Shown: positions 15,494 to 25,036 of the stretch, one piece after another
Numbering within the stretch: the first letter of the stretch is position 1
How the letters are laid out: every line of letters starts with the position of its first letter
Assembly (NCBI RefSeq): GCF_000008465.1
Contig: NC_006512.1
Coordinates: forward strand, 1,980,001 to 2,012,000
Reading direction: 5' to 3'
DNA from: Idiomarina loihiensis L2TR
Lineage (GTDB): Bacteria > Pseudomonadota > Gammaproteobacteria > Enterobacterales > Alteromonadaceae
Length of the DNA stretch: 32,000 nucleotides
Notes under the pieces: generated by a model
The model's database searches: none
What the model saw: the letters and a program-made list of their open reading frames with translations, nothing else
What the model was told of the DNA's origin: nothing
Position numbers and translations under genes: made by a program

Positions 15494-16836
15494 TGGCTTT
15501 AACAAAACCGACTTTCTGGCAAGATTTGAAAGTCTACAAACAGCCTCGCGTATTAGTTATTTTTGTTCTGGGCCTAGCCAGTGGTTTTCCGTGGGTGATG
15601 ATTGGCTCAGCACTTTCAGCGTGGCTGCAGGAGGTTGGACTAACCCGCTCAGTCATTGGCTATTTCGGTGCGGTTTTTGGCGCCTACTCTATAAATTTTT
15701 TATGGGCGCCTATTATCGACAACCTAAAAATCCCGATACTCACTCGCTGGCTGGGTCAACGAAGAAGCTGGATTTTTTTCTGCCAGATGCTCATTGCCGG
15801 AGGTTGTTTCGCATTAGCGAGTCTGGATATTATCGACCACCTTCATCTCGTCGGGCTAATTGCACTTGGCATTGCTGTCAGTTCAGCGACTCAGGATATA
15901 GCCATTGACGCCTACCGAATTGAATCTTTTGCGGAAAACGAAGGTCGACTGCAAAGCGCCGGTGCAGCAATGACAACCGCCGGATGGTGGACCGGCTACA
16001 GTGGTTTAGGTGCCCTGCCGTTCTTTTTTGTCGATGGTATAACCTGGCAATGGCAACACGCTTATTTCGGACTGGGCTGCATCATGTTAGTCCTTGCAGC
16101 TGTCGTACTCTTTGTGCGCCGCACCACTTATCATCAGGAACCAACCATAAAAACAAAATTGACTCACTTCTGGCCGGCAATGAAAGAGAGAGTCAACATT
16201 ATTGTTATTCAGCCTATTGGTGAGTTCTTTTCCCGTAACGGCGTTAAGCTCGCTTTTTCAATTCTGGCCTTTATCTTTTTGTTTAAAATTGGCGAAGCTT
16301 TTCTTGGACGAATGTCGATTGTTTTCTATAAAGAAGTTGGCTTTACTAATGCCGAAATCGGCACCTATTCAAAATTGGTTACCTGGTGGGTAACTATTAT
16401 TTTTGCGCTACTAGGCAGTGCCGTCAACTTACGGTTGGGTATAATTAAAGGCCTGCTCATAGGCGGCGTAGCCATGGCCTCTTCTAACCTGATGTTCTCG
16501 TGGATTGCTCTGGTAGGCCCGGATACAAACCTATTTCTAAGCGCGGTTTTAATTGACGGCTTTACCAGTGCCTGGTCAACTGTCGCCTTCGTTGCCTTCA
16601 TCAGTTTACTTTGTAACCGAACCTTTACCGCAACCCAGTATGCACTAATGGCATCGTTGGGGTCTTTAGGAAAAACAGTACTGTCGTCCTCCAGCGGACA
16701 AATTGTCGATTATATGGATGGCAACTGGGCTTTATTCTTTGTTTTAACTGCTTTAATGGTTATCCCCAGTCTTATCTTCCTCTGGTTTATTCGTAAACCC
16801 ATAGCCGAGCTGGAGCGAAAACGTGACGAAGGCTAA
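15493..16836 (+). CDS. ampG: AmpG-family muropeptide MFS permease
   Basis: 447 aa and polytopic. The N-terminus LGLASGFPWVMIGSALSAWL...INFLWAPIIDNLKIPILTRWLGQRRSW is typical of AmpG. The start overlaps the ppiA stop (TAATG). Confidence 0.88.
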   Translation: MALTKPTFWQDLKVYKQPRVLVIFVLGLASGFPWVMIGSALSAWLQEVGLTRSVIGYFGAVFGAYSINFLWAPIIDNLKIPILTRWLGQRRSWIFFCQMLIAGGCFALASLDIIDHLHLVGLIALGIAVSSATQDIAIDAYRIESFAENEGRLQSAGAAMTTAGWWTGYSGLGALPFFFVDGITWQWQHAYFGLGCIMLVLAAVVLFVRRTTYHQEPTIKTKLTHFWPAMKERVNIIVIQPIGEFFSRNGVKLAFSILAFIFLFKIGEAFLGRMSIVFYKEVGFTNAEIGTYSKLVTWWVTIIFALLGSAVNLRLGIIKGLLIGGVAMASSNLMFSWIALVGPDTNLFLSAVLIDGFTSAWSTVAFVAFISLLCNRTFTATQYALMASLGSLGKTVLSSSSGQIVDYMDGNWALFFVLTALMVIPSLIFLWFIRKPIAELERKRDEG

Positions 16837-17740
16837 CCTAAATTGGGTCGTGCTTGGCCCTGGAGCCATTGGAGGGCTTATTGCCGGCGCTCTGCTGGAA
16901 CATGGCCAGTCTGTATCGGTTTTACCGCGTAAGAACCGAACACGAGAAATAAACTGGCAAGTCACTCACAAGCAGTTTAAAGCTGACTACAGTGCTCCTG
17001 TTATTACACAACTTCTGGCCGAGAATACGGTGTTCGTTATTGCGGTTAAAGCCTTTGATGTGATTCAAGCCTTGCAACGCATAACGACATTGCGCGGGTT
17101 TAATAAAGCCATGCCCATAATAATAAGTCACAACGGCATGGTGGAACTTCCTGAACCGTTAAAAGAGCTTAATTTACACCCATTGGTGACAACTCACGGT
17201 GCGGTACGAAGCAGGAATGAAAATGCCGACCTTTGTATTGAACACAGGGGGGCAGGCCGAAGCTGGCTGGAAGTCGACCCTGCAGTCCGGAATCAGCCGA
17301 CGGACTTTGACCCAGGCCTGGTCCTGCAACAGGCTTTTCCTCCGCTTACTCTGGAACAAGATCTAAGTCAGAGACGCTGGTTAAAGTTCGTTATTAATTG
17401 CGTTATTAATCCGCTGACTGCAGTTCATCAGTGCGCTAATGGCGAATTGCTGAAGGGAAGCTGGCAGGCGCAAGTATACAGCCTCGTAGCAGAAGCCGTA
17501 GCTGTAGCGAACAGTCAAAATGTGTCTTTGACAACTGAGGAATGCTATAAAGAGGTGCTTTTAGTAGCAAAGGAGACGGCCTTAAACCACTCTTCCATGC
17601 TGCAGGATATTCAACAACAACGGCGTACCGAGATACAGCAGTTAACCGGTTATTTAATTAACGCTGGTAAGACGGCGGGTGTTGCCACACCGACTCACCA
17701 GCAACTACTCAATGAGTTCCAACAACGTTATAGCGGCTAG
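16823..17740 (+). CDS. panE: 2-dehydropantoate 2-reductase (ketopantoate reductase)
   Basis: N-terminal Rossmann [14 protein letters not shown], and C-terminal ApbA/PanE motifs [13 protein letters not shown] and [22 protein letters not shown]. The GTG start at 16823 overlaps the ampG end, so the exact start is uncertain. Confidence 0.82.
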   Translation: MTKANLNWVVLGPGAIGGLIAGALLEHGQSVSVLPRKNRTREINWQVTHKQFKADYSAPVITQLLAENTVFVIAVKAFDVIQALQRITTLRGFNKAMPIIISHNGMVELPEPLKELNLHPLVTTHGAVRSRNENADLCIEHRGAGRSWLEVDPAVRNQPTDFDPGLVLQQAFPPLTLEQDLSQRRWLKFVINCVINPLTAVHQCANGELLKGSWQAQVYSLVAEAVAVANSQNVSLTTEECYKEVLLVAKETALNHSSMLQDIQQQRRTEIQQLTGYLINAGKTAGVATPTHQQLLNEFQQRYSG

Positions 17741-18852
17741 TCTTTATCTTCAATAAAGTCGACCACTTCTAGGCCAAAGCCTGACAGTGCAGAGTAACGT
17801 TTTGGCGAGCTCATTAAGTGCATTTTATGAATGTTCAGGTCTGCCAGAATCTGTGAGCCTAAACCGACGTTCCGGGACGCATTTGACGCCGATGTTGTTG
17901 GTTTTTGCTCTCCTTTATCCTGCGCTTCAAATTCACACACCTGAGCAATGATGCTCTCCGGGGTTTGCTGACGACCAATAATAACCAGCACACCATCGTG
18001 TTCAGCAATATAGGACATAGCTTTCTGAATTGGCCAGCTGCGTTTTGCTGCCCGCTCGGTTAAAAAGGTATCGTGGAAGGTGTCCTGCAAATGAACTCGT
18101 ACGTTAGTCACTTTATCTTGCGAGAGGTCACCGTGAACAAGAGCATAATGTACCTGTTCATCAATAGTGTCCTGATAAGTGATTAACCGGAACTTGCCAA
18201 ATGCCGTAGGCAAATTACATTCAGCCACCCGTTCTATGGTTTTTTCCTGTATCGAGCGATATTCGATTAAATCGGCAATGGTGCCGACTTTAATACCATG
18301 CTCTTCAGAAAAAGCTTCAAGATCAGCGCGGCGCGCCATGGTGCCATCTTCGTTCAGCACTTCAACGATAACCGCCGCAGGTTCAAACCCGGCTAAACGC
18401 GCAAGATCACAACCCGCTTCGGTGTGTCCCGCACGGTTCAACACCCCGCCCGACTTAGCCTTTAACGGGAAAATATGTCCCGGCATGACTAAATCTTCGG
18501 GCTTGGCGTCTTTTTTCACAGCATCCAGCACCGTTTTCGCTCTGTCCGCCGCGGAAATACCTGTGGTTACCCCCTCAGCGGCCTCAATCGAAACAGTAAA
18601 GCTTGTTGCGTATGGGGCGTTGTTCTTATCTACCATTAACGGCAAATTCAGTTGCTCACAGCGTTCTTCCGTTAACGTCAGACAAATCAGTCCGCGACCA
18701 TAACGCGCCATAAAATTGATAGTTTCCGGCGTCACACACTCGGCTGCAATAATGATATCACCTTCGTTTTCGCGATCTTCGTCATCCATAAGGATAACCA
18801 TTTTACCCTGACGAATATCTTCGATAATCTCTTCTGTGCTATGCAGTGACAT
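17737..18852 (-). CDS. ribB: 3,4-dihydroxy-2-butanone-4-phosphate synthase fused to a degenerate GTP-cyclohydrolase-II-like domain (RibBX-type)
   Basis: The N-terminal half is a canonical DHBP synthase ([30 protein letters not shown]). The C-terminal half aligns with RibA, but [22 protein letters not shown] replaces RVHSECLTGD...LRCDCG, so all three zinc-ligand Cys are missing. Confidence 0.88.
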   Translation of the reverse strand: MSLHSTEEIIEDIRQGKMVILMDDEDRENEGDIIIAAECVTPETINFMARYGRGLICLTLTEERCEQLNLPLMVDKNNAPYATSFTVSIEAAEGVTTGISAADRAKTVLDAVKKDAKPEDLVMPGHIFPLKAKSGGVLNRAGHTEAGCDLARLAGFEPAAVIVEVLNEDGTMARRADLEAFSEEHGIKVGTIADLIEYRSIQEKTIERVAECNLPTAFGKFRLITYQDTIDEQVHYALVHGDLSQDKVTNVRVHLQDTFHDTFLTERAAKRSWPIQKAMSYIAEHDGVLVIIGRQQTPESIIAQVCEFEAQDKGEQKPTTSASNASRNVGLGSQILADLNIHKMHLMSSPKRYSALSGFGLEVVDFIEDKD

Positions 18853-18865
18853 AACGCTTTACCTT

Positions 18866-19993
18866 TTAATCTTGTGTATGAGGTACTGCTACCAAGCGTT
18901 GATCAGGGCCTACCTGCCGACGATCAATAATTTTAAACCTTGGTGCTGAAGCTAAATTCAACGGCTCGTTCATGTCGATAACCGAACGTCCATGATGGCC
19001 CAATAACTGACCCGAACTGTAAATCATCAATCTGTCGCATAATTGCTGCTGAATAAGAGCGCCCGCCAAATTCGCCCCACACTCAGTCCATAACTGGTTA
19101 ATTTCGCGGTTAGCCAATTCAACCATAAGCGCCGGCAGACTCACTTTACCGTTAGGGTCTGCGGCAATAATTAATTCATGACAATGTGGATGGCAACTGG
19201 GTTTACCAGGAGTTGTTCGCACTAACCACACCGGCGCCGGAGAGTCAAAAACCCTGGCCTCGTCATTCACCCTGTGCTGACTGTCAATAATAATACGTAC
19301 CGGCTGTTTTAAAGGCTCAGGCAGCGGTCTTGATTTTGGCCACTGATCAACACGCACTGTCAATTTAGGATCGTCAGCCAGAATCGTTGCAGCACCACTC
19401 AGAATCGCGTCGGCCTGTGCCCGAAAAAACTGCACATCACTGCGAGAGTCAGAGGACGTTATCCATTGACTGCGGCCATCTGACAACGCCGTTTTTGCAT
19501 CCAGTGAGGTTGCCATTTTTAGGGTTACCCATGGACGTTGTCGTGTCATTCGGGAAATAAACCCCGGATTCAGACTCTCCGCAGCCAATTGCAGTACACC
19601 GACGTCCACAGAAATACCCGCAGCTTTCAGACGCTGAATACCATTACCGCTGACCCTAGGGTTTGGATCCTGCATGGCAACCACAACACGTTTTACTCCG
19701 GCCTCAATTAACGCATCGCAACAAGGCGGTGTACGACCAATATGACTGCATGGCTCCAACGTGACATAAGCCGTTGCGCCCCTGACTTTTTGTCCTGCCG
19801 CGCGCAAAGCATGTACTTCAGCGTGAGGTTCGCCAGCCTGATGATGCCAGCCTTCACCAACAACTTCAGTCCCGAGAGTAATGACACAGCCAACCGCAGG
19901 GTTCGGCCTGGTCGTCATCAGTCCGCGCCGCGCCAGCATTAACGCACGGTGCATCATTTGATGGTCAAAGTACTGCGGGTTTAATTCAGTCAT
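18866..19993 (-). CDS. ribD: Bifunctional riboflavin biosynthesis protein RibD (pyrimidine deaminase / uracil reductase)
   Basis: CMP/dCMP-type zinc motifs HAEVHAL and [15 protein letters not shown], plus a C-terminal reductase domain. The start overlaps the nrdR stop by 8 nt. Confidence 0.93.
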   Translation of the reverse strand: MTELNPQYFDHQMMHRALMLARRGLMTTRPNPAVGCVITLGTEVVGEGWHHQAGEPHAEVHALRAAGQKVRGATAYVTLEPCSHIGRTPPCCDALIEAGVKRVVVAMQDPNPRVSGNGIQRLKAAGISVDVGVLQLAAESLNPGFISRMTRQRPWVTLKMATSLDAKTALSDGRSQWITSSDSRSDVQFFRAQADAILSGAATILADDPKLTVRVDQWPKSRPLPEPLKQPVRIIIDSQHRVNDEARVFDSPAPVWLVRTTPGKPSCHPHCHELIIAADPNGKVSLPALMVELANREINQLWTECGANLAGALIQQQLCDRLMIYSSGQLLGHHGRSVIDMNEPLNLASAPRFKIIDRRQVGPDQRLVAVPHTQD

Positions 19994-20435
19994 TAAGGCG
20001 CGCTATTTCTTCACCAAATTCGCGAATGTCCTCAAACGAGCGATAAACAGAAGCAAAACGAACGTAAGCAACCTTGTCTATCTGCTTGAGGTTTTCCATG
20101 ACCAGACTGCCGACGAAATTACTGCTTATTTCGCGCTCGCCGGTCGCCCGGATGCTGGATTTTATTTTGTTAATGGCCTGTTCCATCAACTCAAGACTCA
20201 CAGGTCGCTTTTCCAGTGCTCTCAGCAGTCCATTTCGGAGTTTATCTTCGTTAAATGGTTCGCGGGAACCATCAGTTTTGATAACCCGGGGCATGACCAG
20301 CTCAGCTGTCTCAAAGGTTGTAAAGCGCTCCTTGCAATGATTACATTCACGCCGGCGACGAACTGAGGCTCCATCCGCAACCAATCGCGAATCGATAACC
20401 TTAGTATCCTGTGTGCCGCAAAATGGACAATGCAT
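19986..20435 (-). CDS. nrdR: Transcriptional repressor NrdR
   Basis: MHCPFCG...[16 protein letters not shown] zinc ribbon followed by an ATP-cone. 149 aa. Confidence 0.95.
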   Translation of the reverse strand: MHCPFCGTQDTKVIDSRLVADGASVRRRRECNHCKERFTTFETAELVMPRVIKTDGSREPFNEDKLRNGLLRALEKRPVSLELMEQAINKIKSSIRATGEREISSNFVGSLVMENLKQIDKVAYVRFASVYRSFEDIREFGEEIARLND

Positions 20436-20474
20436 TGCCTGACTCCTTTATGTGCGCTTTACAACTGTTCGCAA

Positions 20475-21731
20475 TTAACCGTAAACCGGAAACTTAGCGC
20501 ATAGCGCTTTTACCTGCTCGCGAACTTGATTAATTTTACTTTCGTCAGCAATGTCATCCAGCACATCGCAAATCCAGTTGGCGACCTGCTCAGCTTCCGC
20601 TTCTTTAAAGCCGCGGCGAGTAATTGCCGGCGTGCCTAAACGCAAACCTGAAGTGACAAAAGGTGAACGCGGGTCATTAGGAACCGCATTTTTGTTAACA
20701 GTAATGAACGCGTTACCTAAAGCCGCATCAGCATCTTTACCAGTAATATCTTTGTCAATTAAATCCACCAGGAACAAGTGGTTCTGAGTGCCGTTCGACA
20801 CGATTTTGTAACCGCGCGCCTGCATGGTTTTTACCATGGCATTGGCGTTCACTAATACTTGCTTTTGGTAGTCTTTAAACTCTGGCTGCAACGCCTCCTG
20901 AAAAGCCACCGCTTTACCAGCGATAACGTGACAAAGTGGCCCACCCTGGTTGCCAGGGAATACCGCACTGTTTAACTTCTTGTGTAACTTTTCATCATCG
21001 CTGCCGGAAATAATCAGGCCGCCGCGAGGGCCCGCCAGAGTTTTATGCGTAGTGGTAGTGACAACATGAGCATAAGGTACCGGGTTAGGATAGACGCCAG
21101 CGGCAACCAGACCCGCTACGTGCGCCATATCAACCATTAAATAAGCATCAACTTTATCGGCAATTTCACGGAATTTTGCCCAGTCAACAATGCCTGAATA
21201 AGCCGAGAAACCAGCGACGATAACTTTCGGTTTGTGTTCCTGCGCCAGCTTTTCAACTTCAGCGTAGTCAATTTCACCGGTGGATTCGTCCAGACCGTAT
21301 GAAACTGCATTGTATAGTTTGCCTGAAAAGTTCACACCAGAGCCATGTGTTAAGTGGCCGCCGTGAGCCAGGCTCATACCAAGGAAGGTATCGCCTGCTT
21401 CCATCATAGCCATAAAGGCAGCGGTATTAGCTTGAGAGCCGGAATGCGGTTGTACGTTTGCGTACTTGGCGCCGAACAATTCTTTTGCGCGCTCAATAGC
21501 TAAGTCCTCGACTTTATCGACGAACTCACAGCCGCCGTAGTAACGCTTGTGCGGATAGCCTTCTGCGTACTTGTTGGTCAGTTGTGACCCCTGAGCCTGC
21601 ATTACCCGCGGACTGGTGTAGTTTTCCGATGCAATCAGCTCAATGTGTTGTTCCTGACGTTCAACTTCATCCTGCATCGCCTGCCATAAGTCCGCGTCAA
21701 AGTCGGCAATGTTCATCTCAGATTTCAGCAT
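20475..21731 (-). CDS. glyA: Serine hydroxymethyltransferase
   Basis: ORF trimmed to the ATG at 21731 ([19 protein letters not shown], compare E. coli MLKREMNIADYDAELWQAM). PLP-lysine motif [14 protein letters not shown]. 418 aa. Confidence 0.96.
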   Translation of the reverse strand: MLKSEMNIADFDADLWQAMQDEVERQEQHIELIASENYTSPRVMQAQGSQLTNKYAEGYPHKRYYGGCEFVDKVEDLAIERAKELFGAKYANVQPHSGSQANTAAFMAMMEAGDTFLGMSLAHGGHLTHGSGVNFSGKLYNAVSYGLDESTGEIDYAEVEKLAQEHKPKVIVAGFSAYSGIVDWAKFREIADKVDAYLMVDMAHVAGLVAAGVYPNPVPYAHVVTTTTHKTLAGPRGGLIISGSDDEKLHKKLNSAVFPGNQGGPLCHVIAGKAVAFQEALQPEFKDYQKQVLVNANAMVKTMQARGYKIVSNGTQNHLFLVDLIDKDITGKDADAALGNAFITVNKNAVPNDPRSPFVTSGLRLGTPAITRRGFKEAEAEQVANWICDVLDDIADESKINQVREQVKALCAKFPVYG

Positions 21732-21890
21732 TACAGCTCTCCAAATCATTAAATGGTCTTAATTTGCCCGCTATTTTACCTTAAAACACAAATGAGTGCC
21801 TAGTTCAGCACAACAAAGTTTGGGGATGTCCGTAAATAACAGTAAACTATGCAGTAACTTTTTTGTTGATAAGAAGGATTTTACGTCGCT

Positions 21891-23555
21891 ATGGCGCAAT
21901 ATATCTATTCAATGTCGCGGGTGAGCAAAGTTGTTCCCCCCAAGAAAACGATTTTAAAAGACATTTCTCTGTCGTTTTATCCCGGCGCCAAAATTGGTGT
22001 TTTAGGCGTTAACGGTGCTGGTAAGTCGACCTTACTGCGCATTATGGCGGGTGTTGATAATGAATACGAAGGCGAAGCCCGTCCGTTAGCAGGTATCCAA
22101 ATCGGTTACCTGCCTCAGGAACCTCAGTTAGATGAAAATAAAACGGTGAAAGAAACCGTTGAAGAGGCTGTGGCAGATGTAAAAGAGGCCTTCGCTAAGC
22201 TTGATGAAATTTATGCCGCTTATGCCGACGAAAACGCAGATTTCGACGCCTTAGCAAAAGAGCAAGGTGAGCTTGAAGCCTTGTTGCAGGCAAAAGACGG
22301 GCATAATATCGACAACATTCTTGAGCGTGCTGCAGACGCACTGCGCCTGCCGGAGTGGGATGCAAAAATCGGTAACTTGTCAGGTGGTGAAAGACGCCGT
22401 GTGGCTATTTGTCGCCTGTTGCTATCGAAGCCAGACATGCTACTTCTTGATGAGCCCACCAACCACCTGGATGCGGAATCGGTGGCCTGGCTTGAACGCT
22501 TCCTGCATGACTACAATGGTACTGTGGTTGCTATTACCCACGACCGTTATTTCCTTGATAATGTTGCGGGCTGGATCCTTGAACTGGACCGTGGTTACGG
22601 CATTCCATGGGAAGGCAACTACTCCTCATGGCTGGAGCAAAAAGAGAAGCGTCTGGAGCAGGAAGAGCGTTCTGAAAAAGCACGCCAGCGCACTATTAAG
22701 CAGGAGCTGGAGTGGGTACGTACTAACCCGAAAGGCCGTCAGGCGAAAAGCAAAGCACGCCTTAACCGCTTTGAAGAGCTACAAAGTGGCGATTACCAAA
22801 AACGTAACGAAACCAACGAACTGTTTATTCCACCGGGCCCTCGCTTAGGCGACAAAGTTATTGAGGTTAACGGCATAAGCAAGGCTTACGGCAAGCGCCA
22901 GCTAATTGATAACTTAAGCTTTAGCGTTCCCAAAGGCGCTATCGTTGGTATTATAGGTCCAAATGGTGCGGGTAAATCCACTTTATTCCGCATGATTAGC
23001 GGGCAAGAGCAACCTGACAGTGGTTCAGTTGAATTGGGCGAAACCGTGCAATTAGCCAGCGTTGATCAGTTCCGTGACAACATGGATGACAGCAAAACCG
23101 TCTTTGAAGAAATTACTGACGGCAACGACATTCTGAAAATTGGTAACTTTGAAGTTAACGGCCGGGCTTATGTTGGGCGCTTTAACTTCCGTGGTACCGA
23201 CCAGCAAAAACGCATTGGCGAATTGTCTGGTGGTGAACGTAACCGTGTGCATTTAGCCAAACTGCTAAAAGCCGGTGGCAACACCTTGTTACTCGATGAG
23301 CCGACCAACGACTTAGACGTGGAAACCCTGCGGGCACTGGAAGAAGCCATTCTGGAATTCCCGGGCTCAGTGATGGTTATTTCGCACGACCGTTGGTTCC
23401 TTGACCGTATTGCTACTCACATTCTGGACTACCGCGATGAAGGCGAAGTAGTATTCTACGAAGGTAACTACAGCGATTACGAAGCTTATATGAAAGAAAA
23501 ATTCGGTGAACAGGCTATGGAGCCGCACCGCATTAAATACAAACCTATTGGTTAA
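21891..23555 (+). CDS. ettA: Energy-dependent translational throttle protein EttA (ABC-F ATPase)
   Basis: MAQYIYSMSRVSKVVPPKKTILKDISL. It has two ABC cassettes (GVNGAGKST / GPNGAGKST, LSGGERRRV / LSGGERNRV) and an inter-domain linker. 554 aa. Confidence 0.95.
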   Translation: MAQYIYSMSRVSKVVPPKKTILKDISLSFYPGAKIGVLGVNGAGKSTLLRIMAGVDNEYEGEARPLAGIQIGYLPQEPQLDENKTVKETVEEAVADVKEAFAKLDEIYAAYADENADFDALAKEQGELEALLQAKDGHNIDNILERAADALRLPEWDAKIGNLSGGERRRVAICRLLLSKPDMLLLDEPTNHLDAESVAWLERFLHDYNGTVVAITHDRYFLDNVAGWILELDRGYGIPWEGNYSSWLEQKEKRLEQEERSEKARQRTIKQELEWVRTNPKGRQAKSKARLNRFEELQSGDYQKRNETNELFIPPGPRLGDKVIEVNGISKAYGKRQLIDNLSFSVPKGAIVGIIGPNGAGKSTLFRMISGQEQPDSGSVELGETVQLASVDQFRDNMDDSKTVFEEITDGNDILKIGNFEVNGRAYVGRFNFRGTDQQKRIGELSGGERNRVHLAKLLKAGGNTLLLDEPTNDLDVETLRALEEAILEFPGSVMVISHDRWFLDRIATHILDYRDEGEVVFYEGNYSDYEAYMKEKFGEQAMEPHRIKYKPIG

Positions 23556-23567
23556 AAGAATGCGGCT

Positions 23568-23597
23568 AAAAGGGGAGCTTTATTGCTCCCCTTTTTT
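23568..23597. terminator. Bidirectional intrinsic terminator shared by convergent ettA and radA
   Basis: AAAA GGGGAGC TTTATT GCTCCCC TTTTTT. This is a perfect 7-bp GC-rich stem flanked by an A-tract and a T-tract, between the two stop codons. Confidence 0.75.
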
Positions 23598-23606
23598 ACT
23601 TCCGAA

Positions 23607-24971
23607 TTACATGACATCCAGCGCTTGCTGAAGATTCTTCACCCCAATAACTTCCATACCCTTGGGCGAGGTTTTGGGCGTATTGCCAATAGGGACAATA
23701 GCTTTTTTGAAACCGTGTTTCGCAGCTTCATTTAATCGTTCCAGACCATTGGGCACCGGGCGTATTTCTCCGGCCAGGCCAACCTCACCAAACACAATTA
23801 ATTCACGCGGCAATGGTTCTCCTTTAAAGCTGGAAACAATAGCAAGCAACAACGCTAAGTCTGCTGACGTTTCAGATACCTTAACCCCGCCAACGACGTT
23901 CACAAAAACGTCCTGATCCGATACCTGTAAACCACCATGCCGATGCAAAACCGCAAGTAGCAGTGCTAGTCGCGTTGCTTCCAGTCCTACCGCAACCCGT
24001 CGCGGGTTAGCCAGCGCCGAGTAATCGACCAAGGCCTGAATTTCAACCAGCAAGGGGCGGGTACCTTCCCAGATCACCATCACCACAGAGCCATTGCCCT
24101 GATCTTCGGCGCGCTGCAGGAATATAGCCGATGGATTCGAGACCTCTTTCAGGCCGCCACCTGTCATCGCAAATACGCCGAGTTCGTTCACCGCTCCAAA
24201 TCGGTTCTTGGTACCACGCAGGGTGCGATAACGGGAGTCTGATGAGCCATCCAGAAGTACGGAGCAGTCAATGCAATGTTCCAGAACTTTCGGCCCCGCC
24301 AGATGCCCTTCTTTGGTCACGTGCCCGACCATAATAATGGCGACATTTTTTTGTTTGGCGTAACGCGTTAAAAAGGCCGCTGATTCACGCACCTGAGAGA
24401 CGCTGCCCGGTGCCGACTGAATATCCGCCATATGCATCACCTGAATGGAATCAATGACCATAATGGCGGGTTTTTCTTTATCAGCCAGCTGACAAATGCT
24501 CTCCACTGAGGTTTCAGACAACATACGCAGTTTATCCGTCGGCAGGTTAAGCCGCTGAGCCCGCATTGCAACCTGCTGCAGAGATTCCTCGCCGGTAACG
24601 TATAATGCAGGCATACGTTCTGCCAGTTTGCATAAGGCCTGCAGTAACAGCGTGCTTTTCCCTGCCCCCGGTGAACCGCCGATGAGTATTGCCGAACCGG
24701 GCACAACGCCGCCGCCTAAAACGCGGTCAAACTCCTGAAAGCCCGAGCTAAAACGCGGCACTTCCTGCAAGTCAACCTCGTTCAGGGTCTGCACCCGGCC
24801 TTCGGTAATACCGCTGAAGCCCCTCCGTTCAGATGAAGTAGGGGTTGTTTTTGATGTTAAACGAATTTCAGTTAACGTGTTCCAGGCCTTACATTCCGGG
24901 CATTGCCCAAGCCAGCGCGGGAAGTCGGCGCCACAGTCATTACACACATACGCACTTTTTGCTTTTGCCAT
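23607..24971 (-). CDS. radA: DNA repair protein RadA/Sms
   Basis: N-terminal zinc finger CNDCGADFPRWLGQCPECKAWN, Walker A GGSPGAGKST, KNRFG motif, and a C-terminal Lon-like domain. Confidence 0.95.
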   Translation of the reverse strand: MAKAKSAYVCNDCGADFPRWLGQCPECKAWNTLTEIRLTSKTTPTSSERRGFSGITEGRVQTLNEVDLQEVPRFSSGFQEFDRVLGGGVVPGSAILIGGSPGAGKSTLLLQALCKLAERMPALYVTGEESLQQVAMRAQRLNLPTDKLRMLSETSVESICQLADKEKPAIMVIDSIQVMHMADIQSAPGSVSQVRESAAFLTRYAKQKNVAIIMVGHVTKEGHLAGPKVLEHCIDCSVLLDGSSDSRYRTLRGTKNRFGAVNELGVFAMTGGGLKEVSNPSAIFLQRAEDQGNGSVVMVIWEGTRPLLVEIQALVDYSALANPRRVAVGLEATRLALLLAVLHRHGGLQVSDQDVFVNVVGGVKVSETSADLALLLAIVSSFKGEPLPRELIVFGEVGLAGEIRPVPNGLERLNEAAKHGFKKAIVPIGNTPKTSPKGMEVIGVKNLQQALDVM

Positions 24972-25036
24972 TCGTCTGCTTCTCGTTTTATGATGAGGTA
25001 TTATTCAAGAATAACTATAAAAAATATTAGACTTCG

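Noticed and set aside
18853-18865. Expected FMN (RFN) riboswitch upstream of ribB
   Set aside because: Only 13 nt separate ribD from the ribB-fusion gene, so there is no space for the element of about 150 nt. This copy is co-transcribed with ribD.
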